Shown piece after piece: positions 40,801-55,160 of a DNA stretch of 64,000 nucleotides; the stretch's first letter is position 1, and the number at the start of each line of letters is the position of its first letter. The DNA is from the human T2T-CHM13v2.0 reference genome, Homo sapiens. A program made the translations under genes and the position numbers. The stretch lies in NCBI RefSeq assembly GCF_009914755.1, contig NC_060935.1; one strand, 5' to 3'. The notes beneath the pieces are model-generated. The model was not told where the DNA came from, ran no database searches, and saw only the letters and a program-made list of their open reading frames with translations.

Positions 40801-42237
40801 TCCTTGTAATATGTATTTACAGTGCTGTGGTCAATCCGAATGCTTGCTCTTTCTCTACAGAAGCCACAATGGTCTAATTTATTATTATTATTATTATTTT
40901 GCCTTTACTGCTCCAGTCTAGTCAAAAGGAAAAATCATCAAAATTTGACCAAGTAAAATGATCAAAATAAACCAAACATTTTTTGGAATGAAATGACCTT
41001 CAATCTTAGATGATGAAACACAAATATGAAAGGAGCAGGGTTCATTCATTACAGAGGCAGCATCTAATGGAGACTATTAAGTCAATCCTGCTACCTTCTA
41101 CAGATACTTGGCTTGGTTCACAGTCTTGCACCAAGCCCATTATTTTACTTTCTTCAAGCTTATGATTCCTTTTTATATTTTCAATACATTATATTTCCTT
41201 GGTTTTGTTTTTACCAATAAATAAATCCATGTACACGGGTTGTTTATTAAATTAGAGTTTCAAATCCCCATTGAGACAAGTCCACTGAGGAGTTAGCTAA
41301 GCCCATTTACTACCTAAACTGTTCCCTCCACCTGCTCTTTACAGAATAACTTAACAGTATGCCTCAAAAATTGAAAACTACTATCTGCAATGGGTTTTTA
41401 TTTTGTTTAAAAATAAGTAAAAACATAAATGGTAGTAGTCTACTATATAGTCATCTGCTCTGTGATAGCACAGACAACATGTCTATTGTGATTCTGAAAA
41501 TACCTGACTTCTAATAGGAAGGTGGAAAAAATTTTGCCTAGAATATTTCTTCTTAAAGCAGGGAAAATCTCATTCCTTTGACTGCCTCCATTACCCAGGA
41601 GAAATTATCTTCGTGTGCTGTTAGGTTAAGAAAATCCTGATGCAACCTCTAAAGAGCATTTTTCCTTTTTGGTAGGTCTCTCCGATCCTTCAATGGTAAC
41701 AGAAAAAAATACTCCTTCCCCATTTCTATTTTTCTTTCTTCCATATGAAGGAAACTCCATTATAGCAGCTCTACTGTCCTCTGTTTAACCCCTTTTCTCT
41801 TCCTTCTTCTTGGTCAGTAGAGTTGCTTATTTGATTTGTGAACTTCAAAGCAAGATTTCGTCAATCACAGTTTAACCCATTCTCTTCCCCTTCATCTTTA
41901 CAGTGGGCTACCTGAAGGAAGATACACTCAGGTCTGCTACTCCACACTAGAAATTTCACAGGGCAGGCTGCCATGTTGGGAGAGCCTGCAGTTGCCACGC
42001 ACTTCTTGGGCCTGGATGGGTAAATCTATTTAATGCTGTAGTTAAATATTATGAAGTTCGTTTTTGCCGCATGCACTGAAATGTTATCCCCAAATATTAA
42101 CTGCATCATTAATAAAAGCAATGCCTGGTTTTCTATTTGTCTATTTTTTTTTGACTTAGTGAACCTCACTTTGTTCTGAACTAGAGCAGCTAGAATGGAA
42201 GCCCCTAAAGAATAGATTAGTGGTATTTGGAACTTAC

Positions 42238-42331
42238 CTTAGTAAAATTTCTCCAACAGGTATTGATCTTCCTGAGAAAACTCAAAGAAGTTTAATAAGT
42301 GCTCTGGATTTCTGCAGATACTTCTTTATAC
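42238..42331 (-). other. LRRC4C: 94-bp internal non-coding (5' UTR) exon of long LRRC4C isoforms
   Basis: Minus strand: tatcttcctgcag|GTATAAAG...TTTACTAAG|gtaagt, a strong acceptor and a consensus donor in unique sequence. Size agrees with my recollection of an LRRC4C UTR exon. Confidence 0.75.
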
Positions 42332-42833
42332 CTGCAGGAAGATAACATAAATATCATATTTTAAAATCATGCTATACAAGTGAAAACAAATTTAGTGTTA
42401 GACATCCCTGCCTGTTCCATTCCCTCAATATAATTTAGTAATTTAAAATCACAGAATGTCTTTCATACATGTGTGTGTTACATAACTAACAAATCAAGAC
42501 ATGGGTAAACTATAGCAAATATGTATATGTATATATGTGTATGTATTATATATATACAACATATAAATATATACATATATCTATTTGATTTAGTTTACCA
42601 ACTCTAGATTTATTAGTCTTTCATTTCTTTTTTAATGTCATTGCATTTTATTGAAATGTGTCATATGAATTTCACTGGAAAAGATTTTTATCTGTAAATA
42701 GCTTATTGTACATAAATTTAAAAGACTTCCTGCTCTTACTTCTTCCCTCTGGCCATGAGCTAAAAACAATACAGATAATTATCTGTTTATTTCAACTCTA
42801 ATAGCTGAAACTGACATTAAAAAACTAGAAAAT

Positions 42834-43141
42834 GGCCGGGCGCGGTGGCTCACGCCTGTAATCCCAGCACTTTGGGAGGCAGAGGTGGGTGGATCACGAA
42901 GTCAGGAGATCGAGACCATCCTGTCTAACACGGTGAAACCCCATTTCCACTAAAAATACAAAAAATTAGCCAGGTATGGTGGTGGGCGCCTGTAGTCCCA
43001 GCTGCTCGGGAGGCTGAGGCAGGAGAATGGTGTGAACCCTGGAGGCAGAGGCTTGCAGTGAGCTGAGATCGCGCCACTGCACTCCAGCCTGGGCGACAGA
43101 GTGAGACTCTGTCTCAAAAATAAATACATAAATAAATAAAT
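42834..43141 (+). mobile_element. AluY-like element
   Basis: gagatcgagaccatcctg, gcttgcagtgag; TSD tagaaaat. Confidence 0.95.
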
Positions 43142-44774
43142 AGAAAATATACACTGTAATTTACATATTCCTCAGTTTGATATAGCATCACAGAAAATAA
43201 GTAAATATAGACATTGGATTGAGAATTAGAACTGGATTCAATTCATAACCCTGTCATAATTAGCCAGACAATTTTGGGCAAGAATCCAAAACTTACTGAG
43301 TCTTAATTGCTCCACATATAAAACAAAAAGCTTCGTACAAAATTGCCACTAAGGACCCTTCCATCTTTCAAATTCTGTGATAATTTTCCCTCTGAGGGTA
43401 TGTTTTGATATGGGTAGAATGATCAGGAAGATTTTGTGGAAGCAAAACTCCCATGCTTAAATAAAGCCTGAATTTTTATATACTTATATATGCCAATTGT
43501 TAGCTTCTCTCTCGAGCATGAGTTATTTGTAGGTAAGTTATACTAAGGTGGTTGTAATCAACGAATTTGAGATTCATGTATTACTTGAAAAAAAATTAAT
43601 TATCTACCTGACGGAGTTTAGTACAATTTTATTTTTAACTCAAAAGATTAATAACTCTTTGGAGTCTAATGACCAGTAGGTCAGTTGTCCATCCTTCAGC
43701 TATCCTGATGTTAAAGAGAAGTTGAAATTCTGAAAGGACTGGGGAAACCACCAACAATATGTAAGATAGCTTACAGAATTTAGCATGATATGATGATTTT
43801 TTTCCCCTCACATATCTTCCAGAGGGAAAAAGGTATTTTTGGTTGAAATGTTCATATTTAATTTGTTGTTGTCTTGAAAAAACAATACATTTCCTAAAAC
43901 TGAAGGGTTGAGTGATAGCTGGAATTACTACTTGCAAAGATAATTTTAAAACTGGCATATCAGATTTGTTTGCTACTATTATTAGAATAAAAGAAACTAA
44001 TTTAAGCTTGCATTATACTTCTAATGCACTGGGCTAATCTCTCTACGTTACTGTACAAATTAAGCTTCATAACTATGCTATAAAAATTTGGATTATAATT
44101 CTCCTTTTATAGATTAAGAAACAGAGGTAAGGATGTTTAAGTCAGTTAAACAACTTAGTTTAACCCAGAAAGAGATAAATGGCAGAATTAGCAAGTCTGT
44201 TTAATCCCCAAGCCTATACTTTTTCTTACTATGAACTGTGCTATGTATCCTGGCACTACAAAGCTTGATGGCTACTTCTGGGCCAGTACATATTCAATTG
44301 AAGTAGATTCTATCAGATCGATTGTATCTTAGCCTCTGAATGCATCAGTTGATATTGATCTTTTCATACCTGAATGCCTTGTCTAATTTCTCAGGAATCT
44401 AATTTTTGCATTCCATTTCAATTGTATGTTCAGGGGAACAAAATGATGTCTCCTCCTTCTTTCAATCTGAGTTTTCTACTTGGTATTTAATGAGTTTCAA
44501 ATAAATTTGTTTATACCAGGATTCTTAGTACAGAGAACTGAGCTTGGTGGGGCTGCCTGAAGGGACATAGCATCAGATAAGAGAAGTACTATGACAGGTG
44601 GTTGTGAAGAGAACAAGGCAGGGGGTTTGTTGATTAGAACAAAGTGAATCATATTATGTAGATTCATTAAATGTGGGGCTGGAAGGGACTCACCAATCGA
44701 TTCACTAAATGTTATACTGCACAGGTGAAGGGAATAAGATACAATATGTTCAGGAACCAGAAAGCAGGTTTTAG

Positions 44775-45171
<397 letters not shown>

Positions 45172-46299
45172 TAGGCTTCAATGTGTCAATCACACTGGGC
45201 AGTTTAAGACTCGGGGAGCATAGGTTGCAGAAGACCTTGGAGTCAGACAATCTAAGGTCAGCAGCATCACTTCCTGTTTGTAGATCTTTAGAAAAGTGGC
45301 TTCATCTTTCTATGGGTCACTATCCTAATTTGTGAAACAGGATAATGAGAGGTCCATCCCTTTTATGCTGCTTTGGGATTTAATGAGGAAATTTCTATAG
45401 GGTACTTTGCTCAGGGTCTGTCCCAGAGTAAGCATATACATAGATATCCAGGTATTGTCAGCATCCTCATCATCATAATTTATTTCATGTGGGACTAATA
45501 AAATGGAATATCTTCTGTAAATTACATTTTCCCTTGGAAATATAAATCTCAATAAAAAGAGATTATGACTGAAGTACTAACGAAAGAGACTAAAGTAACC
45601 AGCATTGTCATGGTAACTTTATTTGACTCACCAATGAAATGAGAAAGACACAAATCTCTATACATATTTGAAATTAAATGTTCAATACCCTAAAATAATC
45701 AACTTGGAAATGGATCTTTTTGCTCAGAGCAGCCTAAAGCAATTGCACTCAAAGGCAGAAGTTCTCATAGCTTCTCATAGCTAAACGTTGTAACTAAAAC
45801 AAATGATTTTACATGACAAAAAAGGTGAAAGTTCACTTGTTTTCTTAATTATAATAAGTTAATGTGAAGGAATGTCCATTTGGACTCTGCTGTTAGAAGC
45901 TCAGTTATGCAATATTCATATAAAAATAGTTCCAAATCAATACAACATGTTTTAAATTTACATTAACATTTAAATTAATGAGAAGCTCAATGTGAATTAT
46001 GGCGCTTTGGATGTTTAGGACGATGTCTCTTCTTGCCAACTTGGAACAGAGTCTATTGACTCACCTTCATAGTTTCATAAACAGCTTCCAGACTTCATGT
46101 ATTTTCATTGCCAGCCGATTTTCAGACTGATGAAGGGGCCATATTGACATCACCAGGGAATAACGTTGGCCCTATCCACTAAAGTTATAAAATGCAGCTA
46201 GCAAGTGAACATACCTCTGAAGGACAGTTTGCCACAGATTATTCTCATGTCTGGGGTTGCTTTAGGATTAGAGCTTATTCCTTTTTTCCTCTTATGGAT

Positions 46300-46910
46300 T
46301 TTTTCATCAAATATTTCTAGAGCACCTATTCTGGACAGAACACTGTGCTAAAAGCAACACAGATCCTACCTCAAGGAACCCACCCTCTATTGAATGAGGT
46401 AGTAGCGTATACAAACAATTATAGAATAATATGACATAGTCTATGATAAAACAATTTATGAATTAGGTGGTATCGGAGGTAGCTAGATAAGACTGAGGAG
46501 AATCAAGGACAACTATCTGAAGAAATGAGGCTTCAAAACCAAGTAGGCATTAGTTAATTAAGCAAATATAGAAGATCTCACTAGTCGGCGGGAAGATCCT
46601 ATAAAAGAGCCTGACACCTTCCCTTCAATGAACAAGAAATTCAGAATGATTAGTGTGAGAGGTGGCAAGTATGTGTGTGTGAGTTTATGTGTGTGTGTTT
46701 AGTGTGTAGGTACACATACTCACATAGAAGTGTGAATGTAACAAATTGACATCCATGATTAGGCACACAAATTAATGAGCTGTCTCATATGTCATGATAA
46801 GGAGTTTGGACATGATCCTTAAAATCATGCAGATGCAGAAGTTCTGATGGATTTTAAGCAAGCTTGATTCTAAAAGTATTGCTCTGGCAATAGTGCAGAG
46901 AATAGAAGAA
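46300..46910 (+). mobile_element. L2 LINE fragment
   Basis: gagcacctattctggacagaacactgtgctaa...ggagtttggacatgatcct. Confidence 0.55.
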
Positions 46911-47409
46911 AGGTGAGTGGTTTTTTCCATAAAGGTGAGCAGTTTTTTTTGTCAGATGTCAAAAGAGGCCTTAGTAAATCCATGCTTGAATTCATATGAC
47001 ATCAGATGCAAGACACAGGTAGCAGAGAATGTCATAGAAACTTAGCAATTCCAAATCTCATGGCGTTCCTTTTGACGGTGAAATGAAATGGGCACTGAAA
47101 GATTGGAATTAGCAGTGCTGTATCTGAGTTCTACCACCCTCACTCATTTGCGAAAAACAATAAATTGAGCACTAACTATGCACCAGGGATAGTATTAGAT
47201 CCTGTGACAGAGTAATGAACAGGCTAGGCAAGGTCCTGGCTCTCAAGATATCTATATTTTCTTGAAAGCATGAGAAAGAACAATTCTTGAGAAACATTTA
47301 TTGATAAATGAGACAGAACAATTAAGTAAATACAAATATTTACAGATTAGGGTAAAAATTATGGAGAAATAAACAGGGTGATGTGATAAGGACAAGGTTG
47401 GGGTCAGAC

Positions 47410-47630
47410 AGGGTTTCTTAACTGAAGAGCGTAAGCTTTGGATTGGGGATTCAAATCCCAGCTCTGCCATTTCTCTATTATGTTGTGTTGGCAAGATATT
47501 GTGCCTCAGGTTTGTCTTCTGTAAATTGAAGCTGAATATTCCACTTCATAGGCTTATTTTGAGGACTAAATGAATTAATAAATACACAAAGATTAACCCA
47601 GTGCTTAGCAAATAGAAATGCTCAAAATTA
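47410..47630 (+). mobile_element. MIR SINE
   Basis: ttcaaatcccagctctgccattt...tgtgcctcaggtttgtcttctgtaaa. Confidence 0.7.
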
Positions 47631-47960
47631 CTATTAGTATAGTTGTAGTTACCATTATTACTTTATTATTATTATTAGTCTTCTATGAACAGATTGGCAA
47701 TGGAAGGACTAGTTGAAAGGTGAAATTTGGGCTTAAACCTGAAGAATGAGAAAGAGCCAGACATGTGAAAAGCCTTAGGAAACATATTCACGCCATTTCC
47801 TAACAAAGCCAACAACAGTGCAAAATTTCTGAAGTGATCTTAATGTTAAAATGTGTTCAACTTATTAGAAACTACTTCAGTATTATTATATAAGTTTCAG
47901 CTACTTTTGCTTTGACTCACTCCAGGAAAGGAAGGGTCACTTATCTAAATTAAGAATCCA

Positions 47961-48253
47961 GGCCAGTCATGATAGCTCATGCTTGTAACCTCAGCACTTT
48001 GGTAGGCCAAAGCAGGAGGTTAGCTTGAGCCAGGAGTTCAAGATCAGCCTCGGCAATATAGCGAGGCCCCATCTCTAAAAAAAGGAAAATAGCCAAGTTT
48101 GGTGGCACATGCCTATAGTCCAAGTTATTTGGGAGGCTGAGCAGTGAGGGTCATTAGAGCCCAGAAGATAGAGGCTGCAGTAAGCTTTGATGATGCCACT
48201 GTTCTGCACCCTGGGCAACAGAGCAAGGCCCTGTATCAAAAGAAAAAAAAAAA
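47961..48253 (+). mobile_element. Alu (J-type)
   Basis: Diverged dimer; TSD aagaatcca/aagaaacca. Confidence 0.9.
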
Positions 48254-48891
48254 AGAAACCATATTTGCTAGGATTATATTAAAAAGTCATGTTCGAAAGA
48301 TAGCTACTAACACTTATTTTTTTCATTTTTCATCAACACCAGGCAGCTAATGATCATAGCAAATATCAGAAACTGTCATTTTCCAGCAAATAAATGTGTC
48401 AATGATTGGGGTGATAAAATAAATAGCCTTTATTGGTGAAATTAATGGTGTTCAACATATATGGATTGACAAAGATATATTTGAGATACTACTCAAAATT
48501 AGATTAAGACCATTTAAGAATCTAGTGAGGCCAGAGGCATGTATCTTTAAGTTAGGGATGATACTCAAAGCTTGATCTGTAACTGGTTCTCTGTCTAGCC
48601 ATGGGTGAGAAGAACATTGATCCAACCATGAGGTTGGAATGCTGTCTGCTGAAAGGTGGCATTTGGAAAACCTAAAAAAAAAAAAAAAAGGTGGAATTTT
48701 GTTGCACTTAGGTTATAAAAACTGTTGCTTGCTTGCTCACTATTGAAAGCATATTTGTCTAATAAGTCTTTGTGTTTACCAAAATTAAGTCAGTGACTTA
48801 CTTCAGTATAACCTAGTACTGAGGGCATAGCTAACCCTCACCCAGAGGGCTCAGGCTTCTTTGGCAATTATTATTTACCAAAATTAAGTCT

Positions 48892-49181
48892 GGCCAGGCG
48901 CAGTGGCTCATGCCTGTAATCCCAGCACTTTGGGAGGCTGAGGTGGGTGGATCACGAGGTCAGAAGTTCAAGACCAGCCTGGACATGATGGTGAAACCCA
49001 GTCTCTACTAAAAATACAAAAATTAGCTGGGCATGGTGGCAGGTGCCTGTAATCCCAGCTACTCAGGAGGCTGAGGCAGAGAATTGCTTGAACCCGGGAG
49101 GCAGAAGTTGTAGTGAGCCAAGATCATGCCACTGCACTCCAGGCAAGACTCCTTCTCAAAAGAAAAAAAAAAAAAAGAAGA
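48892..49181 (+). mobile_element. Alu (S-type)
   Basis: Dimer with A tail; TSD aagtct. Confidence 0.95.
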
Positions 49182-50085
49182 AGTCTACATGCCTGTGTGT
49201 TGTGCAGGGCCAAAGAAGCTTAGATCAGCTTGCAATACTTAACCTGTCCAAGGACGAACAAAAAAACATTGCTTCTGGAGTATTATAAAGACATTGCTAG
49301 AAATTGAAATCAGAGAGCTAGACAGAAATCAAACAATGCAGGAACTTGCAGCTCCTGTCAGCATTGTTGGATTTCATTCTCATTGCAATGGAATCTTCTA
49401 AGATATAAGTGGAGAGAGCAATTGATCTGAGTTTTTTAAAGATGATAATAACCAGTGTGTAGAAAATGGATTGTAAAGGTAAGATTGAGTGCAGAGAGGA
49501 AAGTTCAGTAGTATTTCAGAAGTCTAGGAAAGAGTGATAAAGGTTTCAAACACAGCTGTAGAAATGGACACAGAAATGTAGACTGGTTTTGAAATATACT
49601 TTGGAAGAAATCTTAATAGGATTTGCTTGTGGATTAGAAGTGAAAAATACCACAAGAAAAGATTCAAGGTTAGGACTGCTGTTAGGAAATCTTAATGCTG
49701 AATGTGGTTAGTTGAGGTGGTCTACGTTTGAGAGTTGAGGTGCATTCTTATCGCTAACTGGAGCCTCTCTCAATGGCAGAGAAAGAAATGTAAGCCTCCT
49801 GTTGACTTCTCTGAGGAGCCATGCAGAAATCTGCCATTTCCCATGACAGGGCTTTCAACAGAGGCTGCTTCTGGAGAATGAATGCCCTTTGGAGTCATGT
49901 GAGATGCCTTGCTTACATAGAGAGGCCATTTTTTTTCATAAATAAATAAGAAGATCTAAATGGGAAATCTCAGTGTTTCATATTTATTTCGAATTCATTG
50001 AGCCTTACTGTTCCCTAGCAGAAAATGAATGACCAAGAAAAGGGCCTCTATTATTATCTGCTATCAGAAAGAAGTTGCTGTTAAT

Positions 50086-50120
50086 TACACTTGATCTTAG
50101 CCAAAAGGCTGAGAAGCGAT
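50086..50120 (-). pseudogene. U2 snRNA 5' fragment (nt 1-35), truncated retro-pseudogene
   Basis: Minus strand ATCGCTTCTCAGCCTTTTGGCTAAGATCAAGTGTA is 34/35 identical to the U2 5' end (G11A). Confidence 0.92.
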
Positions 50121-52149
50121 ATTCATCAAAAGCTATGGAGCTTCAAAATAATCTTGGATTTGAGTTCAGTGTATGAATATGTTTTCATAGTCACTGATTT
50201 AGTCAGTTAGTCAGTCCATCTGTCAGTCTATCAGTCAGCCATTCCCTTAATAAACATTTACTGTGAATTAGCTATGCACTGGGCCAGGTGTTGGTGATGA
50301 GTCTTTTATAACTTCTCTTCTGCTTGAACATTTTCAAAATTTTTAGTCTATTAAACACCAACAAAAATATCTCAAGCGGAATTCATAAAACTGGTTTCAC
50401 TACACTCTACATTGACTCTAGAACTATTGCAAAAATTAATAACAAAAACAATAAAGTTGATTACTTTTATGTTGACCTATAAAAACTTTACATCACTTAG
50501 AAAATCAAGAAAAAAATTTCATTTATGCTTCCAAATTCTAATTGTGAATTTGCTTGAGATTTTTTTAAAGAAAGGAATTAATCATTATGTAAAAATAATA
50601 TCGTGATCTTTATACATGTTAACAAATATGTACCACAGACAGTGAGAGAGTTTGTAGACAGTCATTACTAAAAGTGAAATATTTTTATATATATTTTAAA
50701 AGAATTTGGTTTGCATAGTAAGAACTAAAATGAGAACATTTATACCCAAACTTGATATTCTACTCTTCCATGGCCTGTGAAGGGTTGGAAAGATAGTTCA
50801 ATATTCTATGCCACAGTATTTTTATCTAAAGTGGAGTTAAATCTATGTAGCCACTTTATCCTTATTTATTTTAACATGAGAATTAGAAGTCTGGTGTCTA
50901 GGAAGCCTGCTAGGCTCTCCGTTTTTTATTTCAAAATAAAGAGACCACATCATTACTATCACCTGAAGTAAAAAGAAATCAAGAGATGAATTGCCTAAAA
51001 GAACATATTCACATCATTATCAGTTCAATGGTACAGTATAATACTTCCACACATTGTGTGTTTTTTTTCATATTTGCCTTTAGCTGTTGGAGACAACTAA
51101 AGTTGTTGACAAGTTGCATGTATATTTTAATCCACGTCATCATACTCTTTCTGGGACTTCTCTAAGGCAGACAAGAATAGTCAACCATTGGAATAAGTCT
51201 TACTGGATTAATATTTAATAATTGAGGTATTGTACATTTCCTGAGGATTTATGAGCAGGTTTAAAAATTAGTAATCTCACAAGTACTTGAGTGGTATCAC
51301 TTGGTAATTTTCCCCCAGAGAAAAACTTTGATAATCATTTCTGTCATAATTTAAAAATGAAAGAGAAGTGATTATCAGTTTAAATACAGAATATTTTATG
51401 GGTTACTTGCATTTGGAGTGCTCAGAGACTAGTGGTTTCCATTTAGACAATTCATAAATGTGAAAAAGGTAACTGGATAATAGCAGCATGAGTGGGGTAA
51501 TCCCCAAAACTTTCTGCACTAAATATATTAAATAGCTTCTTTTCAAAGACATATTAATATATTTTAATGATTTTATGATGCCACCTGAGTAACTCAAAAA
51601 GAACAAACACTACCACAAATAAAAGTTTATCTGTCTGTGGGGGAAAACTGAGACCTCTGTGGTGAGCCAAAAAGTAGGCTTAGTGCAAATAGACCGTGAG
51701 TGAGTGACAAAATGCTACTCTTTATAAGTGGGGCTGATTCTGTGCTCCATACACTCTCATTATGTATTCTGCTAATAGCACAAGGATGTGAAAATAACAG
51801 TTAGTTCTGTAAAGAGCTGGGTGCAACATTAAGATTTAATTAAACCTTGTTTTACTTGGGCAAGCTAGTCATGCAGTGATGTCACAGGAGAACAGAACCC
51901 AACAGTCTGATGACTAGCAGCAAAAAGACATGTAGCTGAAATGCCAGTGCACATAGCTAATGTAAACAAGTTGAGGGGAGCAACGGAAACAGTGCTGTAA
52001 ACTGGAAACATGCCACGTGAGTCATGCTGGAAGGATGTGAGGGTGTTGAGTCTGTAGAAAGCAAACAGACTTTGAGACGACTGGGCAGGAATCAGGGTTT
52101 CTGGGTTATTCTGGAAAAGTGTGATTCAAACTCCTTTGTGTACCTCGTG

Positions 52150-52646
<497 letters not shown>

Positions 52647-52924
52647 TGGTAGTTACTTTCTAACTAGGTACAGTGTCATTCTCAGAATCCAATGAGTCAT
52701 ACCAGTCGGGTGTTAAATTAATGACGAAGAGGTAGTCAAATTATGAATCTATAAAAATTACAATTACTTACGTAGTAGAATTTGAGGTGGTGTGATGCTC
52801 ATTTTATCTGTCAACTTGACTGGGTTAAATGATACCCAGATAGCTGGTAAAACATTATTTCTGGGTGTGTCTGTGAGGATGTTTCTGGGGAAAGTTAGCA
52901 TTAAAAATGTAGCTATCTCACTTA

Positions 52925-54168
52925 TAAAAATATTATTTTTAATTAACATATAATAATTGTACATATTTATGGGGTACAGGGTGATATTTTGATGCATGTA
53001 TACAATGTGTAATGATCAAGTAAGGGTAATTAGCATATCTACAACCTTGAACACTGATTATTTCTTTATGTTGGGAACATTCAAAATCTTCTTGTATTAG
53101 CCTGGTCTCACGATGCTATGAAGAAATACCCAAGACTGGGTAATTTATAAAGGAAAGAGGTTTCATTGACTCACTGTTCTGCATGGCTGGGGAGGACTCA
53201 GGAAACTTACTATCATGGCGGAAGGCACCTCTTCACAGGGTGGCAGGAGACAGAATGAGCTGAGCAAAGGGGGAAAAGCCCCTTATAAAACCATCAGATC
53301 TCGTGAGAACTTACTCACTATCATGAGAACAACATGGAAATAACCAACCCCATGATTCAGTTACCTCCCACTGGGTCCCTCCCATGACATGTGGGGATTA
53401 TGGGAACTACAACCCAAGATAAGATTTGGGTTAGGACACAGCCAAACCATATCACCTCTCTTCTAGCTATTTGAAAATACAAGATAAATTACTGTTAACT
53501 ATAGTGTTATAGAGCACTAGAACTTATTCCTCCTATCTTGTAATTTTGTATCCATTAACCAATTTCTGACTATTCTTCCCTTCCCCATACCCTACCCAGA
53601 CTCTAGGAACCACTCATCTACTCTCTACTGCTACAGGGTCAAATTTTTAAGCTTTCATATATGAGTGAGAACATGTGATACTTACTGTGTCTCACCCCAG
53701 TTAGAGTGACTATTATCAAAAAGACAAAAACATAACAAATGCTGGTGAGAACAGGGAGAAAAGGGAACTTTTATACACTGTTGGTGGGAATGTTAATTAG
53801 TACAGCCATTATGGAAAACAGTATGGAGGTTTCTCCAAAAGCTAAAAATAGAACTCCCATATGGTCTAGCAATCCCACTACTTGGTATACATCCAAAGCT
53901 AATCAAATATAATCAAAGCTAAAGGAAAGAAAATCAGTATGTCAAAGTCGTATCTGCATTCCCTTGTTTCTTGCAACACTATTTACAATAGCCAAGATAT
54001 AAAATCAACCAACATGTCCATCAGCAGATGAATGAATGAAGAAAATGTGGCATATATACACAATGAAATACTATTTATCTATAAAAAAGAATGAAATACT
54101 GTCATTGACTGAAACATGGATGGGCTTGGAGGATATTACAGTAGGTAAAATAAGCAAGGCACAGAAAG
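52925..54168 (-). mobile_element. L1MA-type insertion with 5' inversion (minus ~52925-53692, plus ~53693-54168)
   Basis: L1 3' UTR in reverse, then the ORF2 end in forward orientation, stopping next to where the reverse part begins. Confidence 0.8.
53093..53454 (-). mobile_element. THE1C-like solo LTR inside the L1
   Basis: tgtattag...gaaggcacctcttcacagggtggcagg...aaaccatatca; TSD cttct/cctct. Confidence 0.9.
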
Positions 54169-54710
54169 TGATTAACATTTGAATTAGTAGACTGAGCAAA
54201 GAAATCTCCCCTCACCAGTGTGGGCAGGCATCATTCAACTGGTTGAGTGCCCTAATATAACCACAAGGTGGAGGAAGTTTGAATTCTCTCTCTCTTCTTG
54301 AGCTGGGACATGCATCTTCTCCTGCCGTCAGATATCAGAACTTCTGGTTCATGGACCTTCAAACACTGGGACTTAACACCAGTTGCCCCAAACCCTGCCA
54401 TTCTTCAGACTGGGACTGAGTTATGCCACCCGCTTTCCAGGTTATCCAGCTTGCAGGCAGCATATTGTGGTACTTCATAGTTTCCATAATTACATAAGCC
54501 AATTCTCATAATATTAATAAATCCTGCGTACATGTTCATTTATATATATTCTATTGGTTCAGCTTCTCTAGAGAACCCTAGTGAATACAGGTAAGATTAG
54601 CAGCATTGACCCAAGTGCCATAACATGTAAATTAACACTTGAGAAGCAATTTCTGTGATGAAGCTTTTTCTATATTTTGTGACCTTTAAAAACTGAATGC
54701 ACTTTAGCAG

Positions 54711-55160
54711 TATATTAGTTTCCTAGGGCGGCCATAACAAAGTGTCACAAATGAGGTGGCTTAAAACAGCAGCAATTTATTCTCTTACACTTCCTGGAAG
54801 TCAGAAGCCCAAAACTAAAATATGGCCAGGCCACAGTCTCTCTGAAGGCTCTATGGCTGAATCTTTCCTTGTCTCTTCTTGCTTTTAGTAACTCCACGCA
54901 TCCCTTGGTTTGTGGCACCTTAACTTCAATTTCTGTCTCCATCTTCATATGGCCTTCCTCCCACTATGTGTGTCTTCCTGTAAGTCTAATTTATTTTTAT
55001 TTTTAAGACACCAGTCATTGGAGTTAGGGCCCACCTAAATCCTGATCTCATTTTAACCTGATTATATCAGCAAAGACTCTGTTTTCAAATAAGGTAACAT
55101 AACTACCAGGGCTTAGGACTTTAACATACATTTTTTGAAAACACAATTCAACTCACAACA
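54711..55160 (-). mobile_element. MLT1B/C-like solo LTR
   Basis: tattagtttcctagggcggccataacaaa...attcaactcacaaca; TSD agcag/agcaa. Confidence 0.85.

Larger units (their letters stand above)
52791..54589 (+). mobile_element. MLT2 (ERVL) LTR split by an L1 (5' part ~52791-52902, 3' part ~54170-54589)
   Basis: tgtcaacttgactggg...atttctgggtgtgtctgtgagg; ctattggttc...ctctagagaaccctagtgaataca. Confidence 0.85.

Noticed and set aside
46065-46216. Possible extra minus-strand exon (tccttcag| ... GAAG|gtgagt)
   Set aside because: Short pyrimidine tract, a competing internal donor and no recalled transcript support; such sites occur by chance
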